From the NCBI RefSeq assembly GCF_042660085.1, contig NZ_JBHSTI010000001.1:2591-34590 (forward strand): a stretch of 32,000 bases of DNA. Reading direction: 5' to 3'. Numbering within the stretch: position 1 is the first letter of the stretch; each line of letters opens with the position of its first letter. Shown here piece after piece: positions 30,704 to 32,000 of this stretch. The notes under the pieces are model-generated. The model searched no databases and was not told where the DNA came from. It saw nothing but the letters and a program-made list of their open reading frames with translations. Origin of the DNA: Longivirga aurantiaca. Its GTDB lineage: Bacteria; Actinomycetota; Actinomycetes; S36-B12; CAIYMF01. The position numbers and the translations under genes are program-made.

Positions 30704-32000
30704 ATGTCGCAGGCCACCTTCGTCGATCCGGCGGTGGAGTTCGCGCGCCTGGTCGCAGGTGCTCGGGGCCTCCTTGCGGAGGCGTCGGTGCTGGCCGGTT
30801 CGGGTGCGGTTGCGGGTGTCGGTCTGGCTGGTTTGCCGGAGCTGACGGCGGAGCTGTTCGCGGCCCGGGACGCCGCCCACGCCCTGGGCGTGGTTGCGGT
30901 CGATCGCCTGGACGCGTCGGGGGTGCTGGCGTCGGCGGGGTTCGGGTCGACGACGGCGTTCCTGACCCAGCGCACCGGCATGGCCCCCGGCAGGGCCAGC
31001 AGCGTCGTCTCCGGCGCCCGCACGCTGCGGTCCTATGCCGCGACCCGGGTCGCGCTGGTCGCCGGCCGGGTCACCCCCGACCTGGCCGCTGCCCTGGTGC
31101 GCGGGTCGGAGGCTGCGATCGCGGACAGGACCGCCGACGACCGGGTGCAGTGGCGGGCGTTCTGCGAGGACTACCTCCTCCCCATCGCCGAGCAGGGCTC
31201 GGTCGAGGAGGTCGTCGGCGCTGCCGCCGTGCTCAAGGAGATCCTCGATCCCGAGGCCGCCGCCCGCCGCAAGGAAGAAGCCATGGCCGGCCAGTTCCTG
31301 ACCGTGACCCAGGTGGGGGACCAGTTCGTGATCAAGGGTGCGTTGACCCTGGAGGACGGCGCGGCGCTCAAGGTGCTGCTGGACCGGATGCGCGACGCGA
31401 AGTTCCGGTCGGGATCCCTGACCCCGGACGAGCAGCCCACCGGCGATGCCGCGGTCGACGAGCGCCGGCGCCGGATCGCGGCCGCGCACCAGGACGCCCT
31501 GTCGTTGAACCACCTCGTGCAGCTGTGGCTGACCAACGGCATGGTCGGCCGCGCCCACGGGGTCCGACCGCACGTCACCATCACCACGTCGGTCGACGAC
31601 CTCGACGCCGGGTTCCCGGGCGAGATGACCGTCCCCGGGATGTCGTCCCCGGTGCTGGTCAACGCCCACACCGTGGAGCGGATGCTCTGCGACGCCTCAG
31701 TCACCGAGATCTCAACAGCCGGATCCGTCGCCGATCGGCACGCGCACCACCACGACGGCGTCCCCTGCCACGGCGCTGCCCACCGGGGGCGACACGGGCA
31801 CGTCCACGGCGTCGCCGGCTGCGAGCTGCACCCCGGCTCGGCGCGGTTGCTGCGCCGTCGCCACCACGTCTGGGACGAGGGACGCCGCTACCGCACCGTC
31901 CCACCCCGCCTGCGCCGGGCGCTGGACCTCCGCGACCGGCACTGCGCCTTCCCCGGCTGCCGGATCGCGGTCGGGTGGTGCGAGGCCCACCACATCACCG
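30704..32000 (+). CDS. DUF222 domain / HNH endonuclease protein (REP13E12-like), 3' end beyond the window
   Basis: The frame is open from ATG 30704 to the window end. It is absent from the track because no stop codon falls in the window. The DUF222-like N-terminal region has AFLTQRTGMAPGRASS. The C-terminal part, RMLCDASVTE...GRRYRTVPPRLRRALDLRDRHCAFPGCRIAVGWCEAHHI, is the classic entry into the HNH motif. Confidence 0.85.
   Translation, partial: MSQATFVDPAVEFARLVAGARGLLAEASVLAGSGAVAGVGLAGLPELTAELFAARDAAHALGVVAVDRLDASGVLASAGFGSTTAFLTQRTGMAPGRASSVVSGARTLRSYAATRVALVAGRVTPDLAAALVRGSEAAIADRTADDRVQWRAFCEDYLLPIAEQGSVEEVVGAAAVLKEILDPEAAARRKEEAMAGQFLTVTQVGDQFVIKGALTLEDGAALKVLLDRMRDAKFRSGSLTPDEQPTGDAAVDERRRRIAAAHQDALSLNHLVQLWLTNGMVGRAHGVRPHVTITTSVDDLDAGFPGEMTVPGMSSPVLVNAHTVERMLCDASVTEISTAGSVADRHAHHHDGVPCHGAAHRGRHGHVHGVAGCELHPGSARLLRRRHHVWDEGRRYRTVPPRLRRALDLRDRHCAFPGCRIAVGWCEAHHIT

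Noticed and set aside
30663-30845. The 60-aa ORF (MVGALSEVVGMMGSC...) containing the ATGATG just upstream of the DUF222/HNH start. It raised the possibility of a frameshifted, pseudogenised HNH gene.
   Set aside because: The DUF222-like sequence reads continuously in the 30704 frame with high GC3 to the window end, and no frame switch is needed. The short ORF is Arg/Ser/Trp-rich and overlaps it out of frame.
1-32000. A window-wide scan for tRNA/rRNA genes, CRISPR repeat-spacer arrays, IS transposases, integrases and known defence-system genes.
   Set aside because: I saw no T-loop/acceptor-like tRNA signatures, no regularly spaced repeats, and no transposase or integrase-like ORFs. The only element related to mobile elements is the partial DUF222/HNH gene at the right edge.

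Overview
This is a high-GC window (about 70% or more by eye) that looks like actinobacterial chromosome. It is densely coding, with 29 CDS that I can support. I saw no rRNA, tRNA, CRISPR array or transposase. All product calls come from motif and family recognition by eye, because no database search was possible. Many long ORFs in the supplied track are Arg/Ala/Gly/Pro-rich off-frame or antisense artefacts typical of high-GC DNA, and I rejected them.

Gene content, left to right:
- DUF2804 protein.
- A YjjI-family glycyl-radical enzyme with its YjjW-type radical-SAM activase (overlapping genes), followed by an FAH-like hypothetical protein.
- An Sdh1-type succinate dehydrogenase operon, sdhC-sdhA-sdhB, on the minus strand.
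- An M20 peptidase.
- A minus-strand run of ROK kinase, DUF2252, DUF1801, YhhN lysoplasmalogenase and DUF1015.
- AlkB dioxygenase.
- A DHA2 MFS efflux pump.
- A HipA-like kinase and DUF3037 pair.
- A small His-rich membrane protein.
- A copper cluster: membrane protein, CopC, and a CopD/CtaG fusion.
- AI-2E transporter.
- Acetyl-CoA hydrolase/transferase.
- A 3'-truncated DUF222/HNH (REP13E12-like) gene.

The most interesting locus is 21816-27667. It encodes an OmpR-type response regulator, a stand-alone H-NOX heme gas-sensor protein, an HNOBA-PAS-PAS histidine kinase with a degenerate receiver, and a GAF hybrid histidine kinase with an intact receiver. The last three genes are joined by GTGA start/stop overlaps. 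A convergent single-domain Hpt gene completes the locus. I read this as a split, sGC-like NO-sensing multi-kinase phosphorelay in an actinobacterial background.

Secondary leads:
- The HipA-like/DUF3037 two-gene module, whose function is unknown.
- The orphan YjjI/YjjW glycyl-radical pair.
- A hairpin that sequesters the Shine-Dalgarno sequence in front of the MFS pump.
- Tandem palindromes sharing GGGACGCCGT in the sdh/M20 divergent region.
- A recurrent leaderless-promoter geometry, with a TANNNT hexamer 6-7 nt before the start codon at seven genes.
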